This document shows positions 61,987 through 64,000 of a DNA stretch of 64,000 bases, piece by piece. Source of the DNA: an uncultured archaeon (lineage in GTDB: Archaea; Asgardarchaeota; Thorarchaeia; Thorarchaeales; Thorarchaeaceae); assembly GCA_964354495.1 (NCBI GenBank), contig CAYHAA010000001.1, forward strand, positions 257,870 to 321,869, read 5' to 3'. Within the stretch, counting starts at the first letter, position 1. Each line of letters opens with the position of its first letter. The notes below the pieces were generated by a model. It saw only the letters and a program-made list of their open reading frames with translations, searched no databases and had not been told where the DNA came from. The translations under genes were made by a program, and so were the position numbers.

Positions 61987-63579
61987 ATGCTTAAGACCAC
62001 CCTTACTTTTGAGGAATTGAAGAGGACCAATCATATAGAAATCAAAGAGATGCAGGAAAGGAAGTTCCGTGCATTCATACGATATCAGATATGGCCCAAT
62101 CATCCCTATTATCGCCGTCTTTTCAAGGAAAACAAAGTTGACCCCTTCAACATCACTTGTTTTGAGGACTGGGCTAAGTACAATATTCCCCTCGTCAGAA
62201 AGGTCGAGTACAAGGATCATCTGCGGGAATTCGTACTGAACCCCTCTCAGGTCGATGGCGTGGATCGAGCCCCAGCTGAAATCATTAGGAATGTGATGAC
62301 CTACTCAAAAGAGGCCGGAAATGATGATCAATACAAGTTCCTCCGCAACAATGGTGCTCGAGTCAAGCTTCACATTGGTGCCGAATCTGCAATGGAACGA
62401 CTCAAAGGACGCATGACCTACAACTATTCACCCCTACAGTTCTGGCTCAGTTCAGGAAGAGCGTCCGGCCTCCCTTCGCCAGTCTTCTTAACACGATATG
62501 ACAACGATTTGCTTGAGAAGAACAGCGCGAAATGTGGCCAGCTTGCGATTGATAAGTTCGCGAAGGATGGGTGGCAAGCGTCCTCAATGAACCTATTCCC
62601 ATATGCGCCGCATCTCGGCTGGCATGCTGTCAATGCTGGTCTGAGGCAGATAAGCAAGTTCTACATTGCCACGAGTGCTGGTGGAGCAATTCCAAGCGAA
62701 AAACTCGTTGATCTGGCAAAGGTCTTCAAGGCAAATGCTTTCACAGGAATGCCAAGCTATCTCAGAAACCGTTTCTTCAAAGCTGTGGCTGAGGCTGACT
62801 ACGAAGCCCCGGAGAAGGTAGTCGTGCTCTTAGCAGGAGAGAAGATCTATCCGCGTGTTGCTGAAGACATCATTCAGATACTGACTGAAAAAGGGGCAAA
62901 GCAAGTACACCTTGTGGGAGGTTATGCCTCTTCAGAGAGCAAGGTCTCATTTGCGGTGCAATGTGACTATCACGGCCCCTATCATAATTTGTCGCCTGAG
63001 ATTATGTCATGGGAATTCGTCAGAATAAACAGTGATGGCACCTACGAGTTCGTGGACGAGGATGAACCGGGACACACCGTTCTATTCCATCTAGATAGCA
63101 CCGGAACTGTCTTCGAAGGCTTCCTCTTGGGAGATGTAGCAACAAAACATGAGGCTGGAAAATGCCCCATATGCGGTCTAGACGGCCAATTCTTCTGGGA
63201 CATCGGAAGAACAAATGATGCCCAAGCGCAAATGGAAATCATGGGTCTAGCTGAAAAGAAGATTAAGGGCGCAACTGTGAATCTTACTGCGCTTCGTGCT
63301 GACCTCCTGAGTCTGGGTGAGGTCGAGGAGGTGCAGGTTGAAGTTGCTAAGGAAGATATGTCTGACCCCTATAGCATGGATGTACTCAACTTGTATATTG
63401 CACCGAAAGGCCCCAAGACCTCTGACTACTCCTCGCTGATAGCTCAAGTTCAAAAGATGACAAAGGAAAGCACTGAGGTAACTCCCAGTGTTGTGATCAT
63501 TGGATTTGAGGAGCTAGTCGAGAAAGCTGGCGGCATGAAGTTCATGGAGATCATCGACAGTAGACCTAAGCCTGCCTAG
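61987..63579 (+). CDS. Adenylate-forming enzyme, phenylacetate-CoA ligase / F390-synthetase-like family (tentative)
   Basis: The size (530 aa), the N-terminal helical PaaK-like region, and central YIATSAGGAIPSEKL / VGGYASSESK segments resemble ANL-superfamily core motifs. No unambiguous SSGTTG P-loop is present. Confidence 0.4.
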   Translation: MLKTTLTFEELKRTNHIEIKEMQERKFRAFIRYQIWPNHPYYRRLFKENKVDPFNITCFEDWAKYNIPLVRKVEYKDHLREFVLNPSQVDGVDRAPAEIIRNVMTYSKEAGNDDQYKFLRNNGARVKLHIGAESAMERLKGRMTYNYSPLQFWLSSGRASGLPSPVFLTRYDNDLLEKNSAKCGQLAIDKFAKDGWQASSMNLFPYAPHLGWHAVNAGLRQISKFYIATSAGGAIPSEKLVDLAKVFKANAFTGMPSYLRNRFFKAVAEADYEAPEKVVVLLAGEKIYPRVAEDIIQILTEKGAKQVHLVGGYASSESKVSFAVQCDYHGPYHNLSPEIMSWEFVRINSDGTYEFVDEDEPGHTVLFHLDSTGTVFEGFLLGDVATKHEAGKCPICGLDGQFFWDIGRTNDAQAQMEIMGLAEKKIKGATVNLTALRADLLSLGEVEEVQVEVAKEDMSDPYSMDVLNLYIAPKGPKTSDYSSLIAQVQKMTKESTEVTPSVVIIGFEELVEKAGGMKFMEIIDSRPKPA

Positions 63580-63614
63580 TAGTTTAGAAACGTGTCGACT
63601 AATCATGGGCTGAA

Positions 63615-63956
63615 TCACGTGGCACTCTTGAATCTCTCTTTCATGCCAGGCAGGTTCAGGTAAACTACTATTATGGCGGACAGGATGACTCCTATCCAGT
63701 TCCCCCCGAACAGGGAGAACGCGAATCCAATTATGTTTAGAATGACTGCCCATGTCCATGCATATCCTTGCATTGTAAACAACCCATAGGCAATGAAGAG
63801 ACCAAACAGACCTACTATGGCGAAGGGTATTGCAATCAGCAGTCCAAGAATCGGGATTAGCAGGTATGCAGCGCCCTGGAGGAGTACTCCGAGGGCTTGA
63901 AGTGCCTGCAATACTGCTAGAATCAGTACTCCAATAGGTAAGCTCTTCTGAGTCAT
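63615..63956 (-). CDS. Small integral membrane protein (3-4 TM helices)
   Basis: Almost entirely hydrophobic (LPIGVLILAVLQALQALGVLLQGAAYLLIPILGLLIAIPFAIVGLFGLFIAYGLF...). Confidence 0.4.
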   Translation of the reverse strand: MTQKSLPIGVLILAVLQALQALGVLLQGAAYLLIPILGLLIAIPFAIVGLFGLFIAYGLFTMQGYAWTWAVILNIIGFAFSLFGGNWIGVILSAIIVVYLNLPGMKERFKSAT

Positions 63957-64000
63957 TGATAGTCACACCGAATACATCTCTGAATATGGCTTGTTAGTAA

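Noticed and set aside
1-64000. CRISPR arrays, rRNA genes, tRNA genes
   Set aside because: Scanning intergenic gaps by eye showed no run of regularly spaced direct repeats, no rRNA-like conserved blocks and no cloverleaf-compatible tRNA-like sequences. This was done without a covariance-model search, so a very divergent tRNA could be missed.

Overview
This 64 kb window reads as an archaeal chromosome fragment of roughly 47-48% GC, densely coded on both strands. The archaeal assignment rests on a proteasome alpha subunit, a PAC2 proteasome-assembly chaperone, an archaeal-type D-aminoacyl-tRNA deacylase (DtdA), a PDCD5-like DNA-binding protein and an MtrH-like methyltransferase.

First 8 kb: an HDAC/AcuC-family deacetylase, an MtrH-like methyltransferase with its B12-binding corrinoid protein, an orphan PAS sensor histidine kinase, a radical-SAM activase, the proteasome alpha subunit, and a RimK-family ATP-grasp ligase.

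Accessory-looking region (8.9-23 kb): a beta-carbonic-anhydrase-like protein, an Mrr-like PD-(D/E)xK nuclease, a winged-helix (wHTH) regulator, several long coiled-coil proteins around dtdA, and a 1297-aa giant protein. The giant protein has a TrmB-like wHTH N-terminus, about 1000 aa of Ser/Thr-rich helical repeats and a compact C-terminal domain. It is followed by a GNAT acetyltransferase, a DUF59/MIP18 protein, a Ras-like protein with degenerate G-motifs, a very acidic proline-rich disordered protein, and an E1-like ThiF/MoeB/UbaA enzyme with a C-terminal extension.

An unannotated 46-aa ribbon-helix-helix (RHH) gene at 28072..28212 (-) heads a tandem pair of paralogous Cys-rich proteins that I cannot assign to any family (25845..27885).

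Catabolic block (28.7-52.7 kb): ADP-forming acetyl-CoA synthetase with a DRTGG/Pta-N-like partner, nitroreductase, a beta-oxidation-like operon (SCP2, 3-hydroxyacyl-CoA dehydrogenase, two crotonases, thiolase plus DUF35), an MBL-fold hydrolase, a glycerol-kinase-like FGGY kinase with anaerobic GlpABC, a GlcD/GlcF-like FAD/Fe-S oxidase pair, a radical-SAM-like protein with a Cx9Cx2C cluster, a GNAT, and an aldehyde dehydrogenase.

Last 12 kb: an NSUN RNA m5C methyltransferase, PDCD5, TatD, PAC2, a roadblock/longin-like plus wHTH fusion, MazG, an adenylate-forming ligase, and membrane proteins.

No rRNA, tRNA or CRISPR array was recognised. Several hairpin-plus-T-tract terminators and two perfect palindromes (14 nt and 18 nt) sit in intergenic DNA. 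The 503-bp gap at 31930..32432 contains no ORF I would call a gene and may hold an RNA or regulatory element. All functional calls come from motif and architecture recognition by eye; no database search was run.
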